Source of the DNA: Octopus sinensis | Lineage: Eukaryota | Length of the DNA: 47,166 nucleotides | Direction: 5' to 3' | Assembly: GCF_006345805.1 (NCBI RefSeq) | Contig: NW_021824664.1 | Span: 1-47,166 of the forward strand | In this document: piece by piece, positions 11,954-26,409 of the stretch | Layout: the number at the start of each line of letters is the position of its first letter | Position numbering within the stretch: position 1 is the first letter of the stretch | Notes under the pieces: generated by a model | What the model was told of the DNA's origin: nothing | Databases searched by the model: none | The model's input: the letters and a program-made list of their open reading frames with translations, nothing else | Program-made: the position numbers and the translations under genes

Positions 11954-13190
11954 TAGTCATCTCATACATAATGGAATTTTTTAACTGCATGAATTAAAAG
12001 TCGGGGGGAGATGGGATAAACTAACTGCATCAACTTGCTATAAAAACAGCTAGTAATTTCCCCTTGAAATTATTCTTAGCGTAAGTTTTGAAGAGTGCAG
12101 TTTGATTTTAATAGTTATTCTTTCAAAGCTACAATGGAAGTGACAAAGGCGCATATTCTGCTTTATGAGTTCAATAAAGGCAACAACATAACGGTAAGTG
12201 CGAGGAATATTAATGCAGTGTACGGGGATCGGACAATAAGCGTAAGCCAGTGTCAACGGTGGTTCCAGAAATTCCGAGCCGGAAACTACAGTCCAGAGGA
12301 TTTGACTCGTCCTGAAGAGTCTGTATAGCTCGATGAAAACGTGCTGCAAACCCTGGTGGAACAAAATCCCATCGTAACTGTTGAGGAACTAGCAGAGAAG
12401 CTTGGATTTGGTCATTCAACCATTCATCGTGACCTGTGTGCCATCAGAAATGTCAGCAAATTGGGTCAATAGGTTCCTCACAATCTTTTCGAGTCTAATC
12501 ACGCGTAGAGAGTAAATGTGAGTTCCCAAGAATGAACCATTTAGGGACCAAATAGTGACTGCTGACGAGAAATGGGTTCTCTATAAAAATGTCAAGCGCC
12601 GAAAACAGTGTATTGGGGAAGGGGAAACACCGGCACCCCAAGTTATAGAACGTCTTCACTCTCGTAAGGTGTTGTTAACTGTTTGTTGAGATATGAAAGG
12701 TTTTAGTCCACTTTGAACTTTTGAACCCAGACCAAACGATAACAGAGGAGATCTACTGCGAGCAGCCTGAGCGGCTTACGTCAGGGCTAGAAGGAAAACG
12801 ACCATCTTTGGTTTCAAGACGGAAGGTGTTCTCCCATCAGGATGCTTGGCCATATACAGCGAGGATGACATTCGAAAGGCTGGAGCAGTTTGAATGGGAA
12901 ACGATATCCCATCCAGCGTATTCGCCGGACATTGCCCCATCCGATTATCATTTATTCTGCAGTCGTCAAAATCATTTGAATGGAAAAAAAATATGTATTC
13001 TGTAGACGAGATCAGGACAGTACTGGAGGAACTGGAGGAGTATTTTTCATCGCGGACAAGTGAATTTTGGAAGAGGGGCGCTGTCGAAAATGAAGGAGAG
13101 TATATTTTAGTTTAAAAAAGAACGTTATCTTAATTTTGAAAAATAAAAAAAAGTATAAGAAAACCGCATTATTTATGAGGTGTCCCTGTA
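11949..13190 (+). mobile_element. Mariner (Tc1/mariner, DD34D-type) transposon, decayed, about 1.24 kb
   Basis: HTH piece ILLYEFNKG...QCQRWFQKFRAG, WVPH-like, IVTADEKW, HPAYSPDIAPSDYHLF; degenerate TIRs (ctcatacataatg..tttt / aaaa..cattatttatgag) ending in TA. Confidence 0.9.
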
Positions 13191-13378
13191 AATAGATAGA
13201 TAGATAGATAGATAGAGAGGGGGGAGAGAGAGAGGGAGAGAGATATATATGTATATATATATATATATATATTTCACACATATGTACACAAATACAGACG
13301 CATACACACACATACATACATACATACATACATTCATACATACATACATACATACATACACACATACATACGCACACA

Positions 13379-13426
<48 letters not shown>

Positions 13427-13484
13427 ATATATATATATATATATATGACCAAAGCCGCGTGGCTGAGACGAGTAAAAGTATATA

Positions 13485-13697
13485 CACACGAAGTTGTGCT
13501 GCAAAGTTCGTGTCTTTAAGGTTTCTCGAAAGGCCTAGCTGGAGGCCCAACCTTCCGAGTTCTTTTACAGGGTTTGGAAAAACTGAAGGACCACTTCAAT
13601 AAGTATGTGAATCTGAGAGGGGTATATGTTGAATAAAATCATAACTACCGGATCCACCTTCGTTTCCTTTTAAAGGAACGTTACAGCATCCTTCGTA
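13485..13697 (+). mobile_element. Internally deleted mariner derivative (MITE-like)
   Basis: C-terminal remnant resembling FYRGLEKL..KxVNLRGxYVE* (one frameshift), between imperfect TIRs cacgaag..tgctg / cagca..cttcgta. Confidence 0.55.
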
Positions 13698-14185
13698 TAC
13701 CCGCTTTCTTTCGTTTTCTTGTCCAGTGGATTGGACTGCAGGTCATACCAAAGTCCAGTGTTTAAAGGAATAGTTAGTTATATGAATTTGTCCAGTAGTT
13801 TGTACTTGTATGTATTGTAAACTTCGAACTATGAATGGTTATGTCCATCTGGGTACGATTTGTGCTCAGATATTAAAGGGAGGGAATTTTGTTTATGATT
13901 TCAAGAATTTATTCGATACAAATACAGAATAATTATAATATTCACTAAACAAGTTTTGAGTGACTAATCTCGAATTCCTTGTCATTCACATTCTGCCTGT
14001 CTATGTATGTATGTATGTATGTACGTATGTATGTATGTATGTATGTATGTATGTATGTATGTATGTATGTATGTATGTATGTACGTATGTATGAGTGTAT
14101 ATATGTATGTATGTGTCTGTCTCTCTGTCTGTCTATCGATCTATCCGTCTGTCTGTCTGACTATATATGTGTGTGTGTGTGTGTA

Positions 14186-14569
14186 TCGAGGCACTGTCGG
14201 TTACGACGACGAAGGTTCCAGTTGACCTGATCAACGGAACAGCCTGCTCATGAAAAATTAACGTGCAAGTGGCTGAGCACTGCACAGACATGTGTACCCT
14301 TAACGTAGTTCTCGGGGAGATTCAGTATAACACAGTGTGTGACAAAGCTGGCCCTTTGAATTACAGGTACAACAGAAACAGGATGAGTGAGTGAGAGAAA
14401 GTTGTGGCGAAAGAGTACAGCAGGCTTCGACACCACACTCTGTCGGAGCAACGTGTAGTTTTAGGAGTTTTCTCTCAATAAACACTCTCAACGCCCGGTC
14501 TGGGAATCGAAACCGCGAACCTATGAGCACGAGTCCACTGCCCTAACAACTGAGCCATTGAGCCTCCAC
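14186..14569 (-). mobile_element. tRNA-derived SINE family C
   Basis: Minus head ggaggctcaatggctcagttgttagggcagtggactc...gtttcgattcccagaccgggcg; homologous to 21479-21752. Confidence 0.85.
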
Positions 14570-14570
14570 A

Positions 14571-14641
<71 letters not shown>

Positions 14642-14703
14642 ATGTATGTATGTAATATATATACTTCTACAAGTATATATATATATGTATATATATATAA
14701 ATA

Positions 14704-14752
<49 letters not shown>

Positions 14753-14793
14753 ATATATATATATATATAATATATATATATATACACGAAGAC

Positions 14794-14855
<62 letters not shown>
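14570..14855. repeat. Compound (TATC)n-(TA)n-(GA)n microsatellite
   Basis: Direct tandem runs. Confidence 0.95.
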
Positions 14856-14857
<2 letters not shown>

Positions 14858-15432
14858 TGGCGTGGACGGAAGCAGAGAGGCTCAGATTAGTCTAAAACTT
14901 ATTACTCATTCAATCGCAACTCCGAGTTTCTCGCTTTTTGTGCGTCCAGAAAAACAAGAATTTCTGAGGAGTGTCGACTAAGTTATCGGCCTCGAACATA
15001 TAAATTCGAATTATATGTCTTTGGTACTTTTTACTGCCCGATTGTCAAATCACGCGACCATCCATCCATCCGTCCACAAATTCTACCATCCACCCGTCCA
15101 TCCATCCATACATAACCATCACTCCTCTCCAAGTCGTTCATCAGGGTCAGTAGAGGTTATTATTTTGGAACTTCCTCTTCGGAAATGAACGTGTCGCCAC
15201 GGTCCAGTGAGGCTCCTCGCTTATTACCGTGGCCAAACCATTAACAGAACGGCGCACCCAACTAACACGCTGCTATAATAACCAAACATCTCCCCCCACA
15301 CACACACACTCACACGCACACAAACACACGCTTCCTCCGCTATTCACTAAAACTAAAAATATATTGAACGTTTTGACATCAGCCACGAGAGAAGACGATC
15401 CCTCTCCCACACATTTTGCCCTTTTTTGTCCG

Positions 15433-15480
15433 TCATCATCATCATCATCATCATCATCATTGTTATTATTATTATTATCA

Positions 15481-15524
<44 letters not shown>

Positions 15525-15603
15525 CATCATCATCATTATCCTTATAATAATCATCGTTTTTGTTGTTGTTGTTGTTGCTGTTATTATTATTATTATTATT
15601 ATT

Positions 15604-15639
<36 letters not shown>

Positions 15640-15655
15640 GATGATGATGATGTTG
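15433..15655. repeat. Compound (TCA)(TTA)(TTG)(ATG) trinucleotide array
   Basis: Direct tandem runs; source of the poly-I/V/N ORFs. Confidence 0.95.
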
Positions 15656-16186
15656 CAGCCGTTGTTATTTCTTTTTTGGAAACCGTGATTGTCACTCACG
15701 CAGCAACACATGTACTACGGTCGGTCGGCTTGGGCAGAATTTTCGCGAATAAAAAAGTAATATATAAATATTAATATATATATATAATATATACTTATAT
15801 ATATATAGGCGTCTGTGTGTAAGTGTGCGTGTGTATGAGTGTATGTGCATGAGTGTATGTGTGTGTGTTTGTGTGTGCCTGCGTGTGTTTGTGTCTGCGC
15901 GCGCGCGCGCGCTTCATGGCGTAAAATGACATGATGTCAACTGCTGAAAAGCCTGAGGAAGACATAGGGCCAGGAGCGGAAGAGTGATAATTAGAGTCAG
16001 AAAGAGGAAGACAGAGAGAGGGAGAGAGAGAGAGAGACAGAGTCACAGACAGACAGACAGACAGACAGGCGGAGAAAGGAAGACAGCGTGTGCGTGAGCA
16101 GGGTCAGGGACAAAATTCAGGGATTCTTAAGTTCATGTTTTCCGTGATTTTCTATAAAAAAATTATATAAAAAAAAACTTCAAGTA

Positions 16187-16237
<51 letters not shown>

Positions 16238-16329
16238 TGTCAGTAGTGATAGAGAGGAAGACAGGCAGACAGACAGATAGAGAGGGAGAGAAAAAGAAAC
16301 AGAGAGAAAGAAAGGGGGGTCAGAGCCGA

Positions 16330-16361
<32 letters not shown>

Positions 16362-16572
16362 GCTGTTTCCCGCTTGGGAACCGATGCTGGTTTGTTTACG
16401 CTCATGTAATTTAGCAGTTCAGCTGAAGAGACCGATAGAAAAAATAGCAGGCTTTAAAAAGGAAAATAAGTACTGGTATCGCATTTTTCGACTAAAACCC
16501 TTTGTGGCGGTGGTCTAGTTAGTATGGACGCAGTCCAATGAATGAATTAAGCAAAATAAAAAATAAAAAAGT

Positions 16573-16640
<68 letters not shown>

Positions 16641-16661
16641 CAGATAGACAGATAAATAGAC

Positions 16662-16746
<85 letters not shown>
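16573..16746. repeat. (GATA)n microsatellite
   Basis: Direct tandem gata run. Confidence 0.95.
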
Positions 16747-16747
<1 letters not shown>

Positions 16748-17021
16748 GAGAAGCGAGATAAACTGCGAAGAATTGTTAAGCTAATCCTGAAAAGGTTATA
16801 CCGATAATGTCTGCTCGTACAGTGCTATATATAAGAGATGAGGAATTATATACATTATTTACATTTGACGGATATTTGTCCTCATCTTGTTTGTTGTTAA
16901 CTCAACGTTTCGGCTGATATACCCTCCAGCCTTTATCAGGTGTCTTGGGGGGAAATTTCGAATCTGGGTTCTCATTCCTAAAGTATTTTTCGATGCTGTT
17001 GTTGCTGTTGCCGTTATTATT

Positions 17022-17119
<98 letters not shown>

Positions 17120-17247
17120 CATTATTATTATTATCATTATTATTATTATTATTGTTGTGTGTTGTTGTTGTTGTTGTTGTTGTTGTTGCTATTCAGGTCA
17201 ATGCTTGGAATTGAATCGGAATCTTGGGGTTAGTAGCCCGCGCTCTT

Positions 17248-17325
17248 GGGCATATGGTGTTGTGGTTAGGATCGCGGGCTACTAACCCCAATATTCCGAG
17301 TTCGATTCTAAGCAGTGACCTGAAT
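17248..17325 (+). promoter_or_regulatory. tRNA-like SINE head with Pol III A/B boxes
   Basis: A-box-like tggtgttgtgg, anticodon-arm-like gggctactaacccc, B box gttcgattc. Confidence 0.7.
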
Positions 17326-17533
17326 AATAATAATAATAATATAATATAATAATAATAATAATGAGAATAATGATAATAATAATAATAATTAATAATAATA
17401 ATATAATAATAATAATTAATAATAATAATAATAATAATGATAACAATAATAACAATAATAATAATAAGTAATAATAATGATAATATAATAAAATAATAAT
17501 AATAATAATATAATAATAATAATAATAATAATA

Positions 17534-18086
17534 AATGCCCTGATGCAGTACCAGGCAGTGGCTCTCATGGCTTCTGATCTTAACTGATTGGAAGTGTTAT
17601 CATGTACATTGTTTTGTCTCGGTATAAAAAGATGGGCTACAGCAAATATTCTGCTCAATACCACAGATTTGCATGTCAGTTGTTTGACCTTAACCAGTTG
17701 AGCATGTCCCTTAGTGGCTGACGATATGTGCATCTCTGATCATGAGCGAAGTAGTGGGGGAGCATCATAGCATGTGTTGAGAAGGATTCTTGGGGTTTGA
17801 ATAATTCACCTCTGGAAACATGGGTGTTTCGTTCAACGTCCTTAAACAACCTTATTCAGGGACCTTTTGAGCGGGATGGGTTACTCGATCTGAAGAAAAT
17901 TCTAACTGGGCTCCACCTGCAAGGTCATGTGCTGTTTATTTGATATGAGATCACCATGTCGCGCACATATGGTTGTGATGCATGTGCCTGGTGTACCCTT
18001 ATCAGACGGGTAGTCATGATGGGTATACTGGGCTTCGTATATTTTACCCCAGTGTCACTTTGATGGCATGCTCTGCTCGCTCACTC
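17534..18086. mobile_element. About 550-bp interspersed repeat inserted in an (AAT)n tract; possibly the non-coding 3' end of a Dong/R4-type LINE
   Basis: Absent from the left arm of the inverted pair and bounded by (AAT)n on both sides; Dong-type elements are known to target TAA repeats. Family assignment is inference. Confidence 0.45.
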
Positions 18087-19467
18087 AATAATAATAATAA
18101 TAATAACAACAACAACATCGAAAAATACCTTAGGAATGAGAATCCAGATTCGAAATTTCCGCAAGACACCTGATAAAGGATGGAGGGTATATCAGCCGAA
18201 ACGTTGAGTTAACAACAAACAAGATAAGGACAAATATCTGTCAAATGTAAATAATGTCTGCTCTCTTATTAAACATTTAACGGAGAGATAAGTAGAGGAA
18301 ATAAAAGATAGGGCTTTGGAAAGCTTTGACTTCGACCTGGTTTCGGGTGTTGGTAGGAAGTGATTTAGAGATTTCAATTCATTTAGCCCTACTCAATAAT
18401 GTTTCCGAAAACGATATGAAATCAGAGCATTCCATTATCTTATTATTATTATTTCCTTTATTCCGCCGAAGTCGACTTTGCATTTCATTCCTTCGGAGGT
18501 CGATGAAAAAGTACCAATTGAGTACTAAGGACGATGTTAGTTAGACCAGCCCACCTTCTCCCAAAATTTCAGCCTTGTGTCTAAAGTAGAAAGGATTGCT
18601 ATTGCTCCTCTTCAGACGTTGTACTGGTAGAATCGTTAGTGTGTCGAACAAAAATGCGAGCGGCATTTCTTCCCTCTTTACATTCTCATTCAAGGTTTAC
18701 TCAGCGTTTTAGATCCTTTTTTGATCTATAAAATAAGTACCAGTTGCGCACTGGGGTTCGGTATAATCAACTAGTCCTCTCCTTAAAAATTTCAGGTCTT
18801 GTGCCTATAGTAGAAAGAAATATTGTAGCTTAGATTTATTTTTACTTACGTCTGTCAGGTCAAAATTGAATCAATGTCATTGATACCTCAGTCAAATATT
18901 CATCTCCACGTTGGTTTCGGGCTTCTGGAGACAAAGTCTAATATGGACGGGGCTTAAACTAGATTAAATCGATGTTTTTAGCTTTAAAAATAGTCGCCCA
19001 GTGGATTAGATTTCGGATTAATGTTTCCTCCAGGCTGTACGCATGTGCGTGCACACATATTTAAGAAAGAAAAAGATGAAAAATTGTGCGTAAAAAAGAT
19101 TTTCAAGAAGAAATCAGATTTTTGTTTTAACTGAAGGAATTTGAGCGATGGTTATCTGCATAACGGCACATATTCTTTGTAAACAAAGGCAAAAATTTGC
19201 ATTGTATGCAAATTCTATGCAAATTTTCCTGCACACTCACAGTAAAAAATTTAAAATAACATTACAGGCATTTAAAAAAGACAAAGCAAAAAATACAATG
19301 GATCTTTTAATCTCTTGTCTAGTACTCCCTATCAAAACCTTCAAATGTGTCACTCGTTTTCTTTCTCAGGTGCATTTCTCTTTTGGGTTTCCTGTTAAGT
19401 TCTTTTATTCTAATAGCTTTCTTTCTCGAACTGTTGATCTCCTGAACTGATTACCATTGTTTTAGCC

Positions 19468-19700
19468 CAATGGTTGTTAACCATTTTTTTCATTTATGGA
19501 CCCCTATGATTACTATTTTAGTCGGGTAGACCCTCGATGTCTAAAAATCTTATATTTTTATCACTAAATATTAGGAATGGTTTAAAAAACTAAAATATTC
19601 TGTGTATTGCAGAAGTATAAGCTGTTTATTGCATATAAATTTTAATAAAATCTTATACGGACCTGCAAGGGTCATATGGACCCTAGTTCAGAACCATTAG
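19468..19700. mobile_element. hAT(Charlie)-like MITE, decayed
   Basis: Imperfect TIRs caatggttgttaacc / gttcagaaccattag with subterminal atggaccc at both ends. Confidence 0.45.
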
Positions 19701-21183
19701 GTTGGACCAGGGTTTCTCAGCCTTTTTACCCTCGCGTAACCCTTAAAATAAATTACATGTCTCAAAGAACTTCTGCACAAAAAAAAAAAGAAATGATATA
19801 CCATATCTTTCTCATATTTATTCATCAAAGTTCACCTTTCCCCCCTTTTTTTGTTTTGTTTGTAGTCCTTTACACTTCAGTGACCTCAAGTTTTGTTTGG
19901 GACGAAATCGTTAAAAAGCGATCTAAAAGAACTTAGTGAAAACTACATGGTATTTTAAGTTAAGTATAACAAAATAATCGCATGTTTAAAATATACAGTG
20001 AGGAAGTGTTTGAGATAAGTGGGAAATGCTCTCTAGGAAGGGGCCTTAGACGATTGAAATAGAGCCACGAAAATACCATAATTAAAACTTTTAAAGTACA
20101 ACAGAATGGCAAAAAAGGAAAAAATTATATAAATTTCAACCGTTCCGTTACTGGTTATTGTTCATACCAAAAGTTACTATAAGTTACATCCAAGTTTTGA
20201 GTTGTTACTCTATGCATAAATCAATCAATAAATGAATTGTATTTATTAGATATATGACACGCGGCAGACATAGTTGTCTCATGCTTACAACACAACCTCA
20301 CCATCGTCAGTAAAAGGGGAATCAACTGAACGACGCTGTTTCTACTTTATTAACCTTCATCAGTGATCGAATATCGGACATTTTATAACCCCTGTGAAAT
20401 TGTATATATGACTATTGTTGTTACAATTATTACTAAATCAGGTAGACTGGGTTGAATGCTAGGAATATTTTCGGCTGTTAACTCTGTCGAAGATGCGGTT
20501 GTATGGTAAACCTAAAATACGCCAGTAATTCTCTTTTGTATGTAGAAACTTTCATAGCCGTATATGCTGCATATGGCAGTCAATTCCCTCCTGAATATCA
20601 CAGTCATCTGTCTCATACTACTTTGATGAAATATCCAAGCATCATCGAGTAGCAACTTTAAATCGCAGACACACAGACGCTCCCAAGAATACAGAGAGAG
20701 AGAGAGATAGAGACAGAGAGTAGGGAGAAGAGACAGACCAGTAGATAGAAAGAAATATAGACAGGAAGGATGACATAAAGAATAACAAAGAGAGACAGAG
20801 ATAGGAAGGGAGAGAAAATCTGTGAGAAAGAGAGAAAAGGCAAGAGATGGAGAACCGTTGACACACATATGCCGAATGTAGGGTGGAAGAACTCAATAGA
20901 CGATGGAAAGTAAGTTCGTCAATCTTCCACTTCCAGTTCATTTTCGACATTAGCAAGAGACATAAGAAATGAGGTATTGTGTGTATGTATAAATAAATAC
21001 ACACACACATACATACATACATACAACACATCACTTTTCATTCATTCTTGTATGATGTTATTTTCTAGCTTCCAATGATTCACTCCATTCCGAACTTTAC
21101 CGTTCATATTTTCTTTGTGTGTGTGCATGTGTGTATGTGAGTGTGTATATACGCACACACAATATCTGTGTAAATATACATAC

Positions 21184-21236
<53 letters not shown>

Positions 21237-21447
21237 ATACATACATATATATATTACACATATATTAGATATGTAATATATGTATATGTATTATATATAT
21301 ATATATATATTACATATATATGTGGTATATATATACATAGATACATATACACATGCATACATAAATACATACATATACATATATATATACATACATACAT
21401 ACATACACACATACACACACACACACATATATATATGTATATATATC

Positions 21448-21478
<31 letters not shown>

Positions 21479-21481
<3 letters not shown>

Positions 21482-21752
21482 GAGGCGCAATGGCCCAGTG
21501 GTTAGGGCAGTGGACTCGCGGTCGTAGGATAGCGGTTTCGATTCCCAGACCGGGCGTTGTGAGTGTTTATTGAGCGAAACACCTCCACGAGGCTCCGACA
21601 GGGGGTGGGTGGCGATCCCTGCCGTACTCTTTCGCCACAACTCTCTCTCACTCTTTCTTCTGTTGGCCTACTCGCTTAGCCAGTGGGGTGGCGTCATTTG
21701 AAGGCAGAAACAATGCGAAGCGCATTGTGACCAGCAATGTGTAGCAACATCT
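21479..21752 (+). mobile_element. tRNA-derived SINE family C
   Basis: A box tggcccagtgg, B box gtttcgattcc; homologous to 14186-14569. Confidence 0.85.
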
Positions 21753-22154
21753 GATATATATATCACGTGATCACGCGGTATATATATATATATATATATA
21801 TATATCTATATATATATATATATATCAGTCTAAATCCTTCTTTTTCTCTCTTTTAATTTTTGCAACTCCCAAATGTTCTTTCACAGTCACTTATTAAGAC
21901 ACTCTCTCAATAACTCTTTCATCTTAATTTCCCGCCCCCACCACCACCACTCTTATTGTCTCCTATATCTTTCATTCTATGTCAACTATTTTCCTTCTTT
22001 GCACTCCGTATTTCACTCTCTTTGCCAATGTGTATGCAATGTGTATGCATACGTATATGTATGTATATGTATACACACACACACACACACCACACACCAC
22101 ACACACATATATAATATATATATATATTATATAATATATATATCAACAGAAATA

Positions 22155-22204
<50 letters not shown>

Positions 22205-22479
22205 ATAGATATATATATATATATACATATATGTACATATATATATAATATTCATATGCAAGTGTGTGTGTGTAGATACATACAAATATATTAAGTAGAT
22301 ACCCATAAACACATAAACACGCGCCATCATACCCACACACATATGTCAAGTATGTATGTGTGCGACAGGGTGTTACCTAACGTTTCAAAAACAACTCAAT
22401 TATTTTCTATTGCTCCATCTTGGTTTTTATAGTTTTTTTTTTTTGGTTTCTCCTTTTCAAATTTTATTTTATACACAGT

Positions 22480-22531
22480 TCGCCTCCTCCTCCTCTTTCT
22501 TCTCCTCCTCCTCCTTTTTCTTCTTCTACAT

Positions 22532-22611
<80 letters not shown>

Positions 22612-22682
22612 CCTCATCATCATCATCATCAATAATAATAATAAGAACAATTTCTCAAACATAACATATCTAACATGTTTTT

Positions 22683-22745
<63 letters not shown>

Positions 22746-22746
22746 C

Positions 22747-22790
<44 letters not shown>

Positions 22791-22815
22791 CAACAACAAC
22801 AATAATAATAATAAA
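22480..22815. repeat. Compound (CTC)(TTC)(TAT)(CAT)(AAT) array
   Basis: Direct tandem runs. Confidence 0.95.
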
Positions 22816-24362
22816 CAGTAACAGTAATAATAATCATTGAGCTAATGTCTTCAACGCAGTTGGCTTGTAGTTTACCGAAATCAATTTCATGCGATTATTT
22901 AAATAAGTCTTTTCGACCATTATATCTTTTAATGACGCCCATACGCCCACTCTTACCGTCATGAACGTGTACACACGCAGCCTGTGTATACCTCCATACA
23001 CATAGCCACTCAAAGACATTAACATACAGAACAATACTTATGCACGCACACATATAATTACGTCTGCACTGTTACAAGCACACATTCGCACATACTCATA
23101 TATATATATGTGTGTGGTGTGTGTGTGTGTGTGTGTGTGTGCGTGTGTGTGTGTGTGTTGTGTGTGTGTGTGTGTGTGTGTGTTTGTGTTTGTGTGTGTG
23201 TGTGTGTGTGTATGTGTGTACAGCGATAAATTCACAACCAGAGATAACTACAGATACAACAATTTATCATACTCTACGCTATACATTTACGGACTCTCAT
23301 TCCTACATACACAGTCATATAGTAGCACACATACGCACACAAATACATACACCCACACACTCACAGACACACACAGCGACGTAATAACAAACATACAGTA
23401 ACACACACACAGGTACACACACTTGCGCGTATACGCAGCTCCATTGATACACAAAGCGTCTGATAACCATACACAGAGCGACACACATACACACGCACTA
23501 ATACATATTCACAAACGGTCGCGTTGTCATATCTACAGTCGCTCAGCAACACACACATACATACAGCCACATAATGTCACACATACACGCACAGATAGAT
23601 AGTACGCCACTACATATATACACGCACATACATATACACAACCACATACCCAAACCTAAACACATACACATAGACGCATACACGACCGCATAGAAACACG
23701 CACATACCTACATAGCTGCGTTCACACACATTCACACAGCCATACATACACACACATAAGTACATACTCACACACGTAGACACGAGCACGTTATCACATT
23801 GCCATACGATACACACACACACACACATGCAGCTACATGGCCACACCTACAAACTCACACACATAATATCCCTCACACACATACCACACTTAACTACACA
23901 CACACACATGCACACACCTACCTACATACTCACTCCTACCAACACAAACACACGTACACACACACACACCTAATGCCACGTACAAAAATACATAAATAAA
24001 ATACAAAATATACCAACTGCGACAGATCTTTTTCTACTTTCACTTTCGTTTTCTCCATCCCTTTCTTTCTAATTTTCTTTTCATTTTCCTTTCTTTTCCG
24101 TTTATTTTTACATCATTTTTCTTTCTCCTTAACTCTCATTGCTTTGTTTTACCTCTCTTACTTTTCTTTTCTTCCTATTCTCCCCTCCCTCCCGTCTCTC
24201 TCTCTCTCTCTATCGATCTCTCTCTTTCTCTCTCTGTTTTCATCGTCTTTCTTGTTCCATTTCTTTCAAATCAATGAAAACTTTACAATTGACAGAGCAA
24301 TTTAATATAAACTCTCTAAAGCTTATTGAGGATTGTAATAATATCTTATCGATAAATGTTCC

Positions 24363-24412
<50 letters not shown>

Positions 24413-26111
24413 TACATCATAATACACACACACACTCACATTATATATATATGAAAGAGGGAGGGACATGTGCGAAATGATGTATTGTATGTGATTATGT
24501 GTTTATGTCGTATTTATTTCAATTTATTATTTATTTCCTAATGGAGTTTTATGAATGTTAAGTTAGTTTTAACGAGTTCCAGTTAGACATAGGTGGGTTT
24601 TTCTTTGAGTCTCTTTCGTTGTTTATTTCCTTGCTGTTCTTCCAGCAATTATATATATTTTTTGTATTATATTTGTTGTTGTTGTTGGTGGTGGTGGTGG
24701 TGTGGGTGGTGGTGATGCTGTTATATTTTGTTTTATTTAAAATTTTCTTGAAAATTCCACACACACACATATCTACGTATGTACATATATGTATGTATAT
24801 ATATATATGCATGTATACATATATGTCTGTATATATATGCGTATATATACATATACATATATTTATATATATACATACATATATATATATATATTATCAA
24901 CTGAATTCAGGTGGAGAGCTGAAGGAATATCAATGACAGTCTCTTCTACTGATCAAAAGAAAATAGAGAATATATGCTTATTTCCTTGTCATCCTCCTCT
25001 CGCCAACCAACCAGCCAGCCAGTAAGCCATCTACACAACCAGCCAGCTACTATCATTTCTCCTCTATACAATTATTGATACATAGAACAGGTTGAACGCC
25101 CTCATGTAATTTCCTGTCATTGACAGGGCCTATATGTGACCGTTCTATCTGCTGCAATAGCACCAACACATGCCTCACATCATCCAGTCACAAGCTACCA
25201 TCTTCAATATAAGCGTCTACATTGGAGAATCTTTAACCAAGACGCAATAATTATGTAAGGAATGATATACAAGAGACGTGGAGTTCTGTTGCAAACGAAT
25301 AACGCAAGGAAGATAAACATGTCTTCATTATATTGCTTTCAAAATTTGGCTCAAGGCCAGTAATTTCAAGGATGGGAATAAGTGATTGTATCAGCTCCAA
25401 TGCTCAACTGTTACATATTTTATCAAACCCGAAAGGATGAAAAAGTCAACTTCGGCGGCAACTGAATCGCAGAACGTAAAGACGAACGGAAAGCTGTTAA
25501 GTATTTTCCACGGCCAGCTAACGATTCTACCAACTCACCGCTTTTTCTTCATTATACTGGATACGATTAAAAGTTTGCATTTGAAATTAAGGCATAATCA
25601 AGATGCACAGAAACGTAGAAAAGAAATGAAAAAAAAACAAACCAAACACTTATGTTTTTATAAATCTCCAAACGAAATAATAGAATATGAAGCGAAAGAA
25701 CGATTGAAATCTTTTGTTAATAGACTGTTAGCAATGGATTCTTTCAATGGTAAACTGTACTACAAAATATATCTATAGATTTTGGTCACATGTATGCACA
25801 CTAGAAGGATGTAGATAGCTACTCTTTTATACATTGACTTTCTGTTGAGAAAGAAGCGAATCAAGTTGACTAATTTTAAACACTAAGATTGGAATCTCCA
25901 AATCAACTGAAGACATCTTTATTTCTTAGTTAAGATTCTGTAAGAGAAATGTTATAGTTCGAATTGGTACGATATAACATCCACTATCCAGACACATAGG
26001 TATAAAATATTTATAATATTTAAAATATAGTACCGATTTATTTTGGTACTGTTAAATTATTATACTTACATAGAAACATATATATATATGTTAATGTATA
26101 TATATATATAT

Positions 26112-26215
26112 AATTAATCAAAGGATATACTAGGTATGTCTACCTGCAAGAAATAACAGTCGAAACTCTGTTATTTCCAACCGATAGATATATTTAGTAT
26201 GTCCTTTGATTAATT
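26112..26215. mobile_element. Small MITE-like fold-back
   Basis: 21-bp TIR aattaatcaaaggatatacta / tagtatgtcctttgattaatt (1 mismatch); related sequence at about 2612-2680. Confidence 0.65.
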
Positions 26216-26348
26216 CTAATCCTTCAGTTATTTAATGTTTTTTGGGAGGGTGTTATTGATTCTGTTATCGCCATTCTTAAATTGTTACACTAGATAATAA
26301 TAGAGTCAATGATATGTTCGCACATTATTTTGCCGTGAATTATTTGTT

Positions 26349-26407
<59 letters not shown>

Positions 26408-26409
26408 AT

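Larger units (their letters stand above)
16817..18257. mobile_element. Head-to-head inverted pair of a tRNA-head/(AAT)n/HHR-tail retroposon, flanked by a 13-bp direct repeat
   Basis: Left copy minus (17247->16817), right copy plus (17248->18257); ataatgtctgctc at 16804-16816 and 18251-18263. Confidence 0.8.

Noticed and set aside
14856-15420. aaaatggcg (YY1-like) motif and CpG-containing patch
   Set aside because: No ORF, splice or conservation evidence.
17248-17325. Functional tRNA gene
   Set aside because: No acceptor-stem pairing and no oligo-T terminator; it is a SINE head.
16995-17530. CRISPR-like or regularly spaced array
   Set aside because: Simple trinucleotide runs; no repeat-spacer structure anywhere in the window.
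20322-20370. Minus-strand CUGAUGA A GG..GAAAC AGC GUC
   Set aside because: Helix II and helix I do not pair; at best a decayed HHR.
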